From contig JAHWLA010000004.1 in NCBI GenBank assembly GCA_019347595.1, positions 1-32,451 of the forward strand: DNA of 32,451 bases. Direction: 5' to 3'. Under the pieces are notes generated by a model. The model ran no database searches, had not been told where the DNA came from, and worked only from the letters and a program-made list of their open reading frames with translations. Source of the DNA: Actinomycetota bacterium. Lineage in GTDB: Bacteria; Actinomycetota; Acidimicrobiia; Acidimicrobiales; JAHWLA01. The number at the start of each line of letters is the position of its first letter. Positions within the stretch are counted from its first letter, which is position 1. Both the position numbers and the translations under genes were made by a program. Shown here one piece after another: positions 7,949 to 16,887 of the stretch.

Positions 7949-8935
7949 GTGACCACCATCCTCCCCATCGCGGTCGACGCCATGGGCGGTGACCGTGCGC
8001 CCGGTGAGGTCGTCGCCGGCGCCCGTCAGGCGGCCGACGAACTCGGCGTTCCCGTTGTCCTCGTCGGCGACCCGGGCGTCATCGGCGATGCGGCGGGCCT
8101 GGAGGTGTTCCCCGCCTCCGAGGTGATCGGCATGCACGACGACCCCGGCGCGGGTGTCCGCCGCAAGAAGGACTCGTCGCTCGTGCGCGCCGCCGAGGCG
8201 GTTCGCGACGGCCGGGCCTCCGCCATGGTGAGCGCGGGCAACACCGGCGCCACCATGGGCAGCGCCCTGTTGCGCATGGGACGGCTGCCCGGCGTGAGCC
8301 GCCCCGCCATCGCCACGCCCATCCCCGTGCCCGGCTCGACGCCCACCGTCCTGCTCGACGCCGGCGCCAACGCCGACTGCAAGCCGGAGTGGTTGGTGCA
8401 GTTCGCCCAGATGGGGGCCGTGTTCGCCACCGAGCGCTACGGCCTGGAGAAGCCCCGCGTCGGGCTGCTGTCCATCGGCGAGGAGGAGACCAAGGGCAAC
8501 GCGCTGGTGAAGGAGACGCACGCACTCCTGGCGGCCGGGGTGCCGGGCGTGGAGTTCGTCGGCAACGTCGAAGGACGCGACATCCTCACCGACGACATCG
8601 ATGTGGTGGTCACCGACGGTTTCACCGGCAACGTCACGCTCAAGACGCTCGAAGGGGCGATGAAGTTCATGCGCGACGCGGTGTTCGGGGCCATGGTGTC
8701 GACCGATGAGGCAGTGAAAGCGTCCGAGGTGCTGCTTCCTATCCTGCTCCCGCTGGCCGAGGAGATGGACCCCGACAGCCACGGCGGCGCCGCCCTGCTC
8801 GGCGTCGACGGCGTGTGCATCATCAGCCACGGCTCGTCGTCGGCCAAGGCCATCGTGAACGCCGTGCGGGTCGCTCGCGACATGGTCGAACAGCGTCTCG
8901 CCGAGCGGCTGGCCGAGGCGGTCGCCCCCGCCTGA
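7949..8935 (+). CDS. plsX: Phosphate acyltransferase PlsX
   Basis: IAVDAMGGD, SAGNTGA, LDAGANAD, GNVEGRD, DGFTGNV, HGSS. Confidence 0.95.
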   Translation: MTTILPIAVDAMGGDRAPGEVVAGARQAADELGVPVVLVGDPGVIGDAAGLEVFPASEVIGMHDDPGAGVRRKKDSSLVRAAEAVRDGRASAMVSAGNTGATMGSALLRMGRLPGVSRPAIATPIPVPGSTPTVLLDAGANADCKPEWLVQFAQMGAVFATERYGLEKPRVGLLSIGEEETKGNALVKETHALLAAGVPGVEFVGNVEGRDILTDDIDVVVTDGFTGNVTLKTLEGAMKFMRDAVFGAMVSTDEAVKASEVLLPILLPLAEEMDPDSHGGAALLGVDGVCIISHGSSSAKAIVNAVRVARDMVEQRLAERLAEAVAPA

Positions 8936-8956
8936 TCGGCCCGTACACTCCGGGCC

Positions 8957-9742
8957 ATGCACGCCACGGAGGTACGGGGGGACCGGCGGGTTCGGTTGTC
9001 GGCGTTGGCGACGGCGTTCCTCTTTGTCTTCTCCGCGCTCGGCCTGGTGACGCACGACGCGGGCGATCCCGACGCCGAGTTGGTGGCGGGGGCGGCCGAG
9101 GCCACCGCCCGTACCGGCGCGGCGAAGGTCAGTTTCACCGTGGAAGTCGAGGCGGACGCCGCCACCTTCACCACCAGAGGCGACGGTGTGGTGGACCTGG
9201 CAGGCAACCGTGCCGCACTCGCCATCACCGTGGCCGATCGGGAGCCGGTGGACGTCGTCCTCGTGGGCGACCAGGCGTATCACCACGTCGGCCCCGGTGC
9301 GCCCAAGCCGTGGATCGCCATGCCGCCGCCGCCCATGACTGCGCCGTTCCTGGGAGCGGCCGGGCCGGGCGGCCATGCGCTGGCGGCGTTGGCACTGCTG
9401 GAGGACGCCGATGCGCTGCGCGGGATGCGACGGGCCGGTGTCGACGAGGTGGGCGGCGTGCGCACCGACAAGTACGTCGGCAGCCTCGACGCCGACGTCA
9501 TGGGGACGGGGGCCGAGGCGCCTGCGGGCGGGCGCCCGCTCCAGGCCCTGCGGTTCCTGCCCTCGTCGCTGGAGGTGTGGGTGTCAGACGACGGCCTGAT
9601 CCGGCGCTATCGCACAGTGGTGGTGGCGAGCGTGGACGAGACTGCCTTCCGCATGCACGTCTCCGTGGAGCTGGACGAGTTCGGCGTCCCCGTGCGGATC
9701 GAGGCGCCCCCCGCCGATGAGGTGCAGCAGCCGGCGGCGTGA
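8957..9742 (+). CDS. Exported protein, LppX/LprAFG (LolA-like) resemblance
   Basis: N-terminal hydrophobic helix; G.GVVD, EVGGVRTDKY, EVWVSDDGLIRR, EFGVPVRIEAPP patterns; TACACT 7 nt before ATG. Confidence 0.6.
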   Translation: MHATEVRGDRRVRLSALATAFLFVFSALGLVTHDAGDPDAELVAGAAEATARTGAAKVSFTVEVEADAATFTTRGDGVVDLAGNRAALAITVADREPVDVVLVGDQAYHHVGPGAPKPWIAMPPPPMTAPFLGAAGPGGHALAALALLEDADALRGMRRAGVDEVGGVRTDKYVGSLDADVMGTGAEAPAGGRPLQALRFLPSSLEVWVSDDGLIRRYRTVVVASVDETAFRMHVSVELDEFGVPVRIEAPPADEVQQPAA

Positions 9743-9825
9743 GGCGGCCTGCTCGTTCACAAGCGCACGAACTCCGCCCGCCGTACCATGTCGGCCGCAC
9801 ACGTCCCCCCGTGCGAGGAGCAGCA

Positions 9826-10122
9826 GTGCCCGCAGAAACCCATGTGGAGCGTGGCCCGATGGACCGCACGCAGGTCTTCGAGCTCATCCGTGACCGCTTG
9901 GCCGACATCCTGGAGATCGAGCCGGGTAAGATCAGTGAAGGCGCGTCGTTCTCCGACGACCTCGGCGCCGACTCCCTGGCCCTCATCGAGCTGGTCGAGG
10001 CGCTGGAGGAGGAGCTGGGCGAGCGCAGCGTCGGCTTCCGAATCGACGACGAGGACCTCGAGGACCTGAAGACGGTCCGCGACGCGGTCGACTACGTCGT
10101 CGCCAAGCTCGAGGCGTCCTGA
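9826..10122 (+). CDS. acpP: Acyl carrier protein
   Basis: DLGADSLALIELV phosphopantetheine site; GAGGAG before GTG 9826 (alternative ATG 9859). Confidence 0.92.
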   Translation: MPAETHVERGPMDRTQVFELIRDRLADILEIEPGKISEGASFSDDLGADSLALIELVEALEEELGERSVGFRIDDEDLEDLKTVRDAVDYVVAKLEAS

Positions 10123-10139
10123 GCGCGAACCGGGGCGAC

Positions 10140-10940
10140 GTGCCGGAGAGCAGCGAACGGGCCGAGCTCGACGCGCTCGCCGAGCGCATCGGCTATCGAT
10201 TCGACGATCGCGTCCTGCTCGCCCGCGCCATGGCCCACCGGTCGTGGTGCGCGGAGACGAGCGGCGAGGACCCCAACGAGCGGTTGGAGTTCCTGGGCGA
10301 CGCCGTGCTCGGCCTGGTCGTGACCGACCACGTGTACCGCACCTACCCCGACCTCCCCGAGGGCGAGCTGGCCAAGGTGCGCGCCTCGGTCGTGAACTCG
10401 GCCTCGTTGGCCGAAGTGGCCGCCGAGCTGCGCCTGGGTGACGCCCTCCTGCTGGGCAAGGGCGAGGACCTCTCCGGGGGGCGGGAGAAGCCGTCGATCC
10501 TGGCCGACGCCATGGAGGCCGTCATCGGCGCCGTCTACATCGACGGCGGCTGGGACGCCGCCGAGGGGCTGGTCATGCGCCTGGTCGGCGAGCGCATCGC
10601 CGAGGCGGCGGTCGGCCCCGGCGGGCAGGACTACAAGACCCGGCTCCAGGAGCTGGGCGCCCGTCGCTACGACCAGCTCCCGCGCTACGACGTGCTCGAC
10701 GAAGGGCCCGACCACGCCAAACGCTTCTTCGCCACCGTGCACCTGGGCAACCGGGCGTGCGGCGAGGGGGAGGGGCGGTCCAAGAAGCAGGCCGAACAGG
10801 CGGCCGCCCGGGTGGCGTGGGAGCGATTGCAGGCCGAGGCGGCCGAGACCCGCGATGGCACGGCGGCGGCGGCCGCCACCATTGCGCTCGTCGAGGGCGA
10901 CGAGGACGAGGCGGCCGGGGAGGCAGTGGCCGGTGCCTGA
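10140..10940 (+). CDS. rnc: Ribonuclease III
   Basis: NERLEFLGDAVL signature; dsRBD DYKTRLQE...GRSKKQAEQAAA. Confidence 0.97.
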   Translation: MPESSERAELDALAERIGYRFDDRVLLARAMAHRSWCAETSGEDPNERLEFLGDAVLGLVVTDHVYRTYPDLPEGELAKVRASVVNSASLAEVAAELRLGDALLLGKGEDLSGGREKPSILADAMEAVIGAVYIDGGWDAAEGLVMRLVGERIAEAAVGPGGQDYKTRLQELGARRYDQLPRYDVLDEGPDHAKRFFATVHLGNRACGEGEGRSKKQAEQAAARVAWERLQAEAAETRDGTAAAAATIALVEGDEDEAAGEAVAGA

Positions 10941-11772
10941 GCTTCCCGAAGTCGAGACCATCCGACGCGACCTCGACCGCGAGGTCGTGGGCAAGCGCAT
11001 CAAGCAGGTGGAGGCGACGGGCACGCGCACCATCCGCAGGCACAAGTCCAAGAAGGACTTCGTGGCCAAGCTGGAGGGTCGCAAGATCACCGGCATCGTC
11101 CGCCGGGGCAAGAACCTGCTCATCAAGCTCGACGGCGGCGACGTCCTCGTCATCCACCTGGGCATGAGCGGGCAGCTCCTGCGGGCCAAGGGCCCCAAGG
11201 AACCGCTGGCCAAGCACACCCACGTCGTCATCACGTTCACCCAGGGCGGGCAGCTCCGCTACATCGATCCCCGCACCTTCGGCGAGCTGTTCGTCACGGC
11301 GCTCGACGGGGTGGAGGCGGCCGTGCCCGAGCTGGCCCACCTCGGCTTCGACCCCCTCGACGACGTCATGTCGTGGAACGCCTTTGGGGCGAGGCTCACG
11401 GCCCGCAAGGCCAAGCTCAAGGCGCTGCTGATGGACCAGAAGTTCATCGCCGGCATCGGCAACATGTACGCGGATGAGATCCTGTGGGCGGCCGGGCTGC
11501 GACCGGACCGCACATCGGAGAGCCTGTCGTCGCAGGAGGTGCGGCGGCTGTACCGGGCCATGGTGGAGACCCTGCAGGACGCCATCAAGCACCGGGGCTC
11601 GTCGCTGGCCGACGAGCAGTACCGCGACCTGTTCGGCGAGGTCGGCGGGTACCAGGGCGAGCACAAGGTCTACGACATGGAGGGCAAGCCCTGTCGTCGG
11701 TGCCGCACGCCGATCGTGCGCACCAAGGCGGCGGGCCGGTCCACGTTCTTCTGCCAGCAGTGCCAGGTTTGA
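10933..11772 (+). CDS. mutM: Formamidopyrimidine-DNA glycosylase
   Basis: PELPEVET N-terminus, RRGKNL, HLGMSG, GIGNMYADE, C-terminal Zn finger. Confidence 0.96.
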   Translation: MPELPEVETIRRDLDREVVGKRIKQVEATGTRTIRRHKSKKDFVAKLEGRKITGIVRRGKNLLIKLDGGDVLVIHLGMSGQLLRAKGPKEPLAKHTHVVITFTQGGQLRYIDPRTFGELFVTALDGVEAAVPELAHLGFDPLDDVMSWNAFGARLTARKAKLKALLMDQKFIAGIGNMYADEILWAAGLRPDRTSESLSSQEVRRLYRAMVETLQDAIKHRGSSLADEQYRDLFGEVGGYQGEHKVYDMEGKPCRRCRTPIVRTKAAGRSTFFCQQCQV

Positions 11773-11958
11773 TTGCTCTTCGCCTGACGGCTCATCGCGA
11801 TGCCGGCGGGGGCCCCAACCCCGCCGGCGCGCCGGGCCTCCACGGCAGTGCCGGCTCCGTTGCTCTTCGCCTGACGGCTCATCGCGATGCCGGCGGGGAC
11901 CCCAACCCCGCCGGCGCGCCGGGCCTCCGCGGCAGTGCCGGCTCCGTTGCTCTTCGCC
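11773..11958. repeat. Tandem 87-bp repeat (2 copies + 12 bp) with internal hairpin
   Basis: Units start at 11773, 11860 and 11947 (partial); 2 differences between full units; gccggcgggg/ccccgccggc stem and catcgcgatg palindrome in each unit. Confidence 0.95.
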
Positions 11959-11963
11959 GCAAC

Positions 11964-12022
11964 CCTCGAACTTGCGTACGAATCGCGCCGCGATCCGACG
12001 CGATCCGTACACAGGTTCGAGG
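11964..12022. repeat. Imperfect 27-bp inverted repeat upstream of smc
   Basis: Arms match at 23/27; all four differences are transitions. Confidence 0.85.
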
Positions 12023-12062
12023 TGCGCGCGCGGCCTCGGGCACGTCGGTACCCTGAGTCGCG

Positions 12063-15000
12063 GTGTTCCTGAAGTCGCTCACCCTCAAGGGGTTCAAGTC
12101 CTTCGCGGACGCCACGTCGCTGGAGTTCGAGCCCGGCATCACCGTGGTCGTCGGCCCCAACGGCAGCGGCAAGTCGAACATCGTCGACGCCGTGGCGTGG
12201 GTGCTCGGCGCTCAGGGCCCCCGCACCGTGCGCTCGCAGAAGATGGAGGACGTCATCTTCGCGGGCTCGGCCAAGCGCCCCGCCCTGGGCCGGGCCGAAG
12301 TCGGCCTCACCATCGACAACTCCGGCGGCCTCCTGCCCATCGAGTTCTCCGAGGTGACGATCACCCGCACGCTGTTTCGCAGCGGCGACAGCGAGTACGC
12401 CATCAACGGCGTGCCGTGCCGCCTGCTCGACATCCAGGAGCTGCTCTCGGACAGCGGCGTGGGCCGCCAGCAGCACGTCATCGTCTCCCAGGGGCAGCTC
12501 GCTCAGATCCTCGACTCCCGGCCCGAGGACCGGCGGCTGGTCATCGAGGAAGCGGCGGGGGTGCTCAAGTACCGCCGCCGCCGGGAGAAAGCCCAGCGCC
12601 GCCTGGAGGCCACCGAGGGGAACCTGCTCCGCCTCCAGGACCTGCTCCGTGAGGTCCGCCGCCAGCTCCGCCCGCTCGAGCGCCAGGCCGACGCCGCCCG
12701 GCGCCACGGCTCGTTGGTGGAAGAGCTGCACGGCATCCGCCTGTTCCTCGCCGGCCGCGAGATCACCACGCTGACCACCCGGCTGGAGTCGGGGTCGCGG
12801 TCCAAGGCCGAATTGGCGAGAGCCGAAGCCGAGGTGCGCCAGGCCCTGGCCCGACTCGACGCCGACGTGGCCGTCGCCGAAGCGGGCGTCTCCTCCCAGG
12901 GCACAGACGACCTCGGCGACTCGCTGCTCCGCTTCGAAGGGTTGCGCGAGAAGGCACGGGGCATGTCCGCCGTGCTGGCCGAGCGCCACCGGTCGCTGCA
13001 GCGGGAGCTGGCCGCGTCGGTCGACGAGGGCGTCATCGCCTCGCTGGAATCCGACGCCGCCCACCTGGCCGCCCAGTTGCAGTCGGTGGAGACGGAGGCC
13101 GAGGCGCTGGTCCCGCAACACGAGGACCTGGCCGCCGCCGAGGCGTCGCTGCACGGTGAACGGACGACGTTCGACGAGGAGTGGGGCGACGAGAGCGCGC
13201 CCCCGGTCAGCAGCGAGGCCGCCCAGGTGCGCGGCGAGCTCACGGCGTTGCGGTCGGCCGCCCAGCGGGGCCGGGCCGAGGTCGGACGCATGGAGGCCCG
13301 CCTGGCGGCGTTGCAGCAGAAGGCGGAACGTCTCGACGCGGAGGTCGCCCGTCGGCGCGCCGAGGTGGCCGAGGCCGACGCCGCCGAACAGCCGCTGGTG
13401 GCTGCCCTCGAGGCAGGCGAGTCGGCTCGCGCCGCGGCGGAAGCGGCAATGGCCGAGGCCGACGAGTCGCTGCGGGCCGTCGAGCAGGAGCGCCAGACGT
13501 GGGCAGCCCGTGCCGAGGCGCTGGCGTTGGCGCTCGACGAGGCGCGTGCCCGTGCGGGTGCAGAACGGCTGGCCGACGTGCCCGGCGTGGTCGGCACCCT
13601 GTTGGAACTGGTCGAGGTCGACGAGGGCTGGGAGGCAGCTTTCGAGGCCGCCGCGGGCGAGGCCATCGCCGCCGTGGTGGTCGACGGCGTGGAAACGGCA
13701 CGCGCCGCGCTGACGCATCTGCGCGACGGCAACGCGGGCGGCGCCGTGCTGGCGCTCGATGCGGTCGGCTTCCCCGCCTCGCTGGCGCTCGACGCCGCCG
13801 CCGTCGGCGGCGAGCCGGTGCGCTCGCATGTGCGGTCGCGGCTGCCGTCGGTCGACCGGTTGCTCGACACGCTGCTCGGCCACGCCGTCGTCGTCGACGG
13901 CGGGTGGGAACGGGCGCTCGACCTGGCGCTCCAGCACCCGGGCCTGGTGGCCGTCACCCGCGACGGCGACCGCTTCGCCGCCACCGGCTGGCGGGCGGGC
14001 TCGGGCGGGAGCGGCGCCACCGGCGCGGCGTTGGACGAGGCACGAGCGCGGGCCGAGGAGGCGGTCACCCGGGTGGCCGCCGCCCGCGACCACGTGGCCG
14101 CCTGCCGTTCGGCATTGTCCGCGGCGCGGGCCACCGAGGCGGATCTGGCCAAGCAGCTCGACGCCAACGACTCCCGGCTCACCGCCGCGGGCGACGCCTT
14201 GCAGCGGCTGGAGACGGAGCGGCGCGACGTCGCCGTGGAGCAGGAGACCGTCGAGGCCCACCTGGGCGAGCTGTCCGAGCGGGTGGTGCGCGAGGAGGCC
14301 CGGGTGGCGGAGCTCGACGCCATGCTCCCCGCGCTGGAAGCCGAGGAGGCGGCAGGCGCGGAGCGGGTCATGGCCATGCGGGCGGCCCGGAGCCGGCTGG
14401 AGGAGCGGGTGGCCGCGGTGGCGGCGTTGCGCCGCGACCTCGAAGTGCGGGCCGCCGGCCTGGACGAGCGGCGCACGCTCCTGTCGCGTCGGCTGGCCGA
14501 GGTCGAAGAACGCCTCCATCGCAACGTCAGCGAGCGGGAAGCGGCCGCCGCCCGTCGCGAAGGGCTGGAGACGCGGGCCGTCGCCACCGCCCGGTTGTCG
14601 GCGGTGGTGGCCGACCGGTTGGCCGCCGTCGAGGGCGCCTTGGCGGGCCTGCACGAGCAGCGCCGGCAGCACAACGAGAAGATGCGCGCCGCCCTCGATC
14701 GGCTCGAGCAGTTGCGCCGTGAGCGTTCGACGGCGGAGCGGCAGTTGGCCGAACTGCGGGAGCGGGCGCAGCGGGGCGAGCTGGAGGAGGCCGAGGTTCG
14801 CCTGCGGCTGGAGTCCGCCGTCGAGGCCTTGCGGCGCGATTTCGACTGCGAGCCGGAGTCGGCGGCCAAGGCCGAATGCCCGGCGCTGCCCGAGGGCGTC
14901 TCGGCGTCGGCCCGGGTGCGCGAGCTCGAGCGGGAGCTGCGGCTCATGGGGCCGATCAACCCGCTGGCGCTGGAGGAGTTCACGGCCCTTCAGGAGCGCA

Positions 15001-15548
15001 ATCAGTTCCTCGAGGCGCAGTTGGAGGACGTGAAGTCGGGGCGGCGGGAGCTGTCGAAGGTGATCAAGGCCATCGACACCGAGATCGTGGAGGTGTTCGC
15101 CGCCGCCTTCGCCGACGTGGCCGACAACTTCGCCAAGCTGTTCACGACGCTCTTCCCGGGCGGCACCGGTCGCTTGAAGCTGACCGACCCCGACAACCTG
15201 CTGGAAACCGGGATCGAGGTCGAGGCCCGGCCCTCGGGCAAGAACGTGAAGAAGCTGTCGCTGCTGTCGGGCGGCGAGCGCTCGCTGACGGCGCTGGCGT
15301 TCCTGTTCGCCGTGTTCCGCAGCCGGCCGTCGCCGTTCTACCTGATGGACGAGGTCGAGGCAGCGTTGGACGACGTCAACCTGCACCGCTTCATCGACCT
15401 CATCAACGAGTTCCGCCAGGAGGCGCAGCTCCTGGTGGTGTCGCACCAGAAGCGGACGATGGAAGCGGCCGACTGCCTCTACGGGGTGACGATGGCGCCC
15501 GGCGGGTCGACCCGGGTGGTGAGCGAGAAGGTCGCCGCCGGCGCCTGA
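12063..15548 (+). CDS. smc: Chromosome segregation protein SMC
   Basis: GFKSF, Walker A GPNGSGKSN, coiled coils and hinge, LSGGE, Walker B/D-loop MDEVEAALD. Confidence 0.97.
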   Translation: MFLKSLTLKGFKSFADATSLEFEPGITVVVGPNGSGKSNIVDAVAWVLGAQGPRTVRSQKMEDVIFAGSAKRPALGRAEVGLTIDNSGGLLPIEFSEVTITRTLFRSGDSEYAINGVPCRLLDIQELLSDSGVGRQQHVIVSQGQLAQILDSRPEDRRLVIEEAAGVLKYRRRREKAQRRLEATEGNLLRLQDLLREVRRQLRPLERQADAARRHGSLVEELHGIRLFLAGREITTLTTRLESGSRSKAELARAEAEVRQALARLDADVAVAEAGVSSQGTDDLGDSLLRFEGLREKARGMSAVLAERHRSLQRELAASVDEGVIASLESDAAHLAAQLQSVETEAEALVPQHEDLAAAEASLHGERTTFDEEWGDESAPPVSSEAAQVRGELTALRSAAQRGRAEVGRMEARLAALQQKAERLDAEVARRRAEVAEADAAEQPLVAALEAGESARAAAEAAMAEADESLRAVEQERQTWAARAEALALALDEARARAGAERLADVPGVVGTLLELVEVDEGWEAAFEAAAGEAIAAVVVDGVETARAALTHLRDGNAGGAVLALDAVGFPASLALDAAAVGGEPVRSHVRSRLPSVDRLLDTLLGHAVVVDGGWERALDLALQHPGLVAVTRDGDRFAATGWRAGSGGSGATGAALDEARARAEEAVTRVAAARDHVAACRSALSAARATEADLAKQLDANDSRLTAAGDALQRLETERRDVAVEQETVEAHLGELSERVVREEARVAELDAMLPALEAEEAAGAERVMAMRAARSRLEERVAAVAALRRDLEVRAAGLDERRTLLSRRLAEVEERLHRNVSEREAAAARREGLETRAVATARLSAVVADRLAAVEGALAGLHEQRRQHNEKMRAALDRLEQLRRERSTAERQLAELRERAQRGELEEAEVRLRLESAVEALRRDFDCEPESAAKAECPALPEGVSASARVRELERELRLMGPINPLALEEFTALQERNQFLEAQLEDVKSGRRELSKVIKAIDTEIVEVFAAAFADVADNFAKLFTTLFPGGTGRLKLTDPDNLLETGIEVEARPSGKNVKKLSLLSGGERSLTALAFLFAVFRSRPSPFYLMDEVEAALDDVNLHRFIDLINEFRQEAQLLVVSHQKRTMEAADCLYGVTMAPGGSTRVVSEKVAAGA

Positions 15549-15563
15549 CCGCCGGCCCCCGAC

Positions 15564-15615
15564 CCTTCTCGTGTCGGAAATGCGCATGGGGGTGCGCATT
15601 TCCGACACGAGAAGG
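15564..15615. repeat. Perfect 23-bp inverted repeat (REP-like family member)
   Basis: ccttctcgtgtcggaaatgcgca-tggggg-tgcgcatttccgacacgagaagg. Confidence 0.95.
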
Positions 15616-15629
15616 CGGCCGATCCTGAC

Positions 15630-15651
15630 TGTCACACCCCCTCGGTAGGCT
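15630..15651 (+). promoter_or_regulatory. Putative PafBC/RecA-NDp-type promoter of ftsY
   Basis: TGTCAC-N10-TAGGCT, 10 nt before ATG; first 15 nt identical to 28038-28052. Confidence 0.55.
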
Positions 15652-15661
15652 GCACGCCGCC

Positions 15662-16867
15662 ATGGAAATCGTCCTCGCCCTTTCCGTCCTCCTGCTGGTG
15701 GTGTCGCTGGTGGGCATCGCCGTCAGCCGCCGCCGCGGGCGCCGCCCCGACCTGGAGCCGCCCGCCACGGGGCCGGCCGTCGACGTCGCCGCCGACACCG
15801 ACCTCACGCCGGAGCAGGTGGCCGAGATCGAGGCGGCCCTGGCCGAGGCCGCGGTGGAGACCGCGGAAGAGACACCCGAGTTCCCGCTGGGCGCGCAACC
15901 CGTCGAGCTCGAGCCCGAGCCCGAGGTCGTCGAACCCGAGCCGGACGCCATCGACTTGCGAGCTCCGGTCAAGCCCCGGTTCCGCGACCGGCTGGGGAAG
16001 GCCCGCAGCCTGCTCGCCGGCTACATGGGGTCGGTGCTGTCGCGCTCCGGCATCGACGACGAGACGTGGGACGAGTTGGAGGAGGCGCTCATCCGGGCCG
16101 ACGTCGGCGTGGGGACGACCACAGCGGTCCTCGACGACCTGCGCGCCAAGGTGAAGGCCGACGGCATCACCGACTCGGCGGCGCTGGTCGACGCCTTGAA
16201 GGCCGATCTCAAGGCCCGGCTGGCCGAGGGCGACCGGTCGCTGCACTTCGAGGAGGGCGGCCCCAACGTATGGCTGTTCGTGGGGGTCAACGGCGTGGGC
16301 AAGACCACCACGATCGGCAAGGTCGGCCTGCGCGAGTCGAGCGGCGGGCGGCACGTTGTCATGGCGGCGGGCGACACCTTCCGGGCGGCGGCGGCGGAGC
16401 AGCTCGAGCTGTGGGCCAAGCGGGTCAACGCCGACCTGGTGCGGGGGGCTGAGGGCGCGGATCCCGGCTCGGTGGTCTTCGACGCCGTCGAGCGCGCCGC
16501 CGCCCGCGGCGCCGACCTGGTGCTGGCCGACACGGCGGGCCGCCTGCACACCAAGGTCAACCTCATGGAGGAGCTGAAGAAGGTGCGCCGCATCGCCGAA
16601 CGGCCGCCCGCCAAGCTCACCGAGGTGTTGCTGGTGCTCGACGCCACCACCGGCCAGAACGGCCTGGTGCAAGCCAAGGAGTTCACCGACGCCGTCGGCG
16701 TGACGGGTGTCGTGCTCACCAAGCTCGACGGCACGGCCAAGGGCGGCATCGCTCTGGCGATCCGCACCGAGCTCGGCCTGCCCATCAAGCTGGTAGGGCT
16801 GGGCGAGACGGCGGACGACCTCGTGGAGTTCGACCCCGACGAGTTCGTCGACGCGCTGTTCGAGTAG
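15662..16867 (+). CDS. ftsY: SRP receptor FtsY with N-terminal TM anchor
   Basis: GVNGVGKTTTIGK, DTFRAAA, DTAGR, TKLDGTAKGG. Confidence 0.97.
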   Translation: MEIVLALSVLLLVVSLVGIAVSRRRGRRPDLEPPATGPAVDVAADTDLTPEQVAEIEAALAEAAVETAEETPEFPLGAQPVELEPEPEVVEPEPDAIDLRAPVKPRFRDRLGKARSLLAGYMGSVLSRSGIDDETWDELEEALIRADVGVGTTTAVLDDLRAKVKADGITDSAALVDALKADLKARLAEGDRSLHFEEGGPNVWLFVGVNGVGKTTTIGKVGLRESSGGRHVVMAAGDTFRAAAAEQLELWAKRVNADLVRGAEGADPGSVVFDAVERAAARGADLVLADTAGRLHTKVNLMEELKKVRRIAERPPAKLTEVLLVLDATTGQNGLVQAKEFTDAVGVTGVVLTKLDGTAKGGIALAIRTELGLPIKLVGLGETADDLVEFDPDEFVDALFE

Positions 16868-16887
16868 GGAACCAAGGGGGAGCCGGG

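Noticed and set aside
11773-11958. CRISPR array (12-bp repeat three times)
   Set aside because: Intervening sequences are near-identical rather than unique spacers; repeat too short; no cas genes
11670-15635. 1321-aa minus-strand ORF
   Set aside because: Antisense shadow of smc, expected from high-GC codon bias; no recognisable motifs
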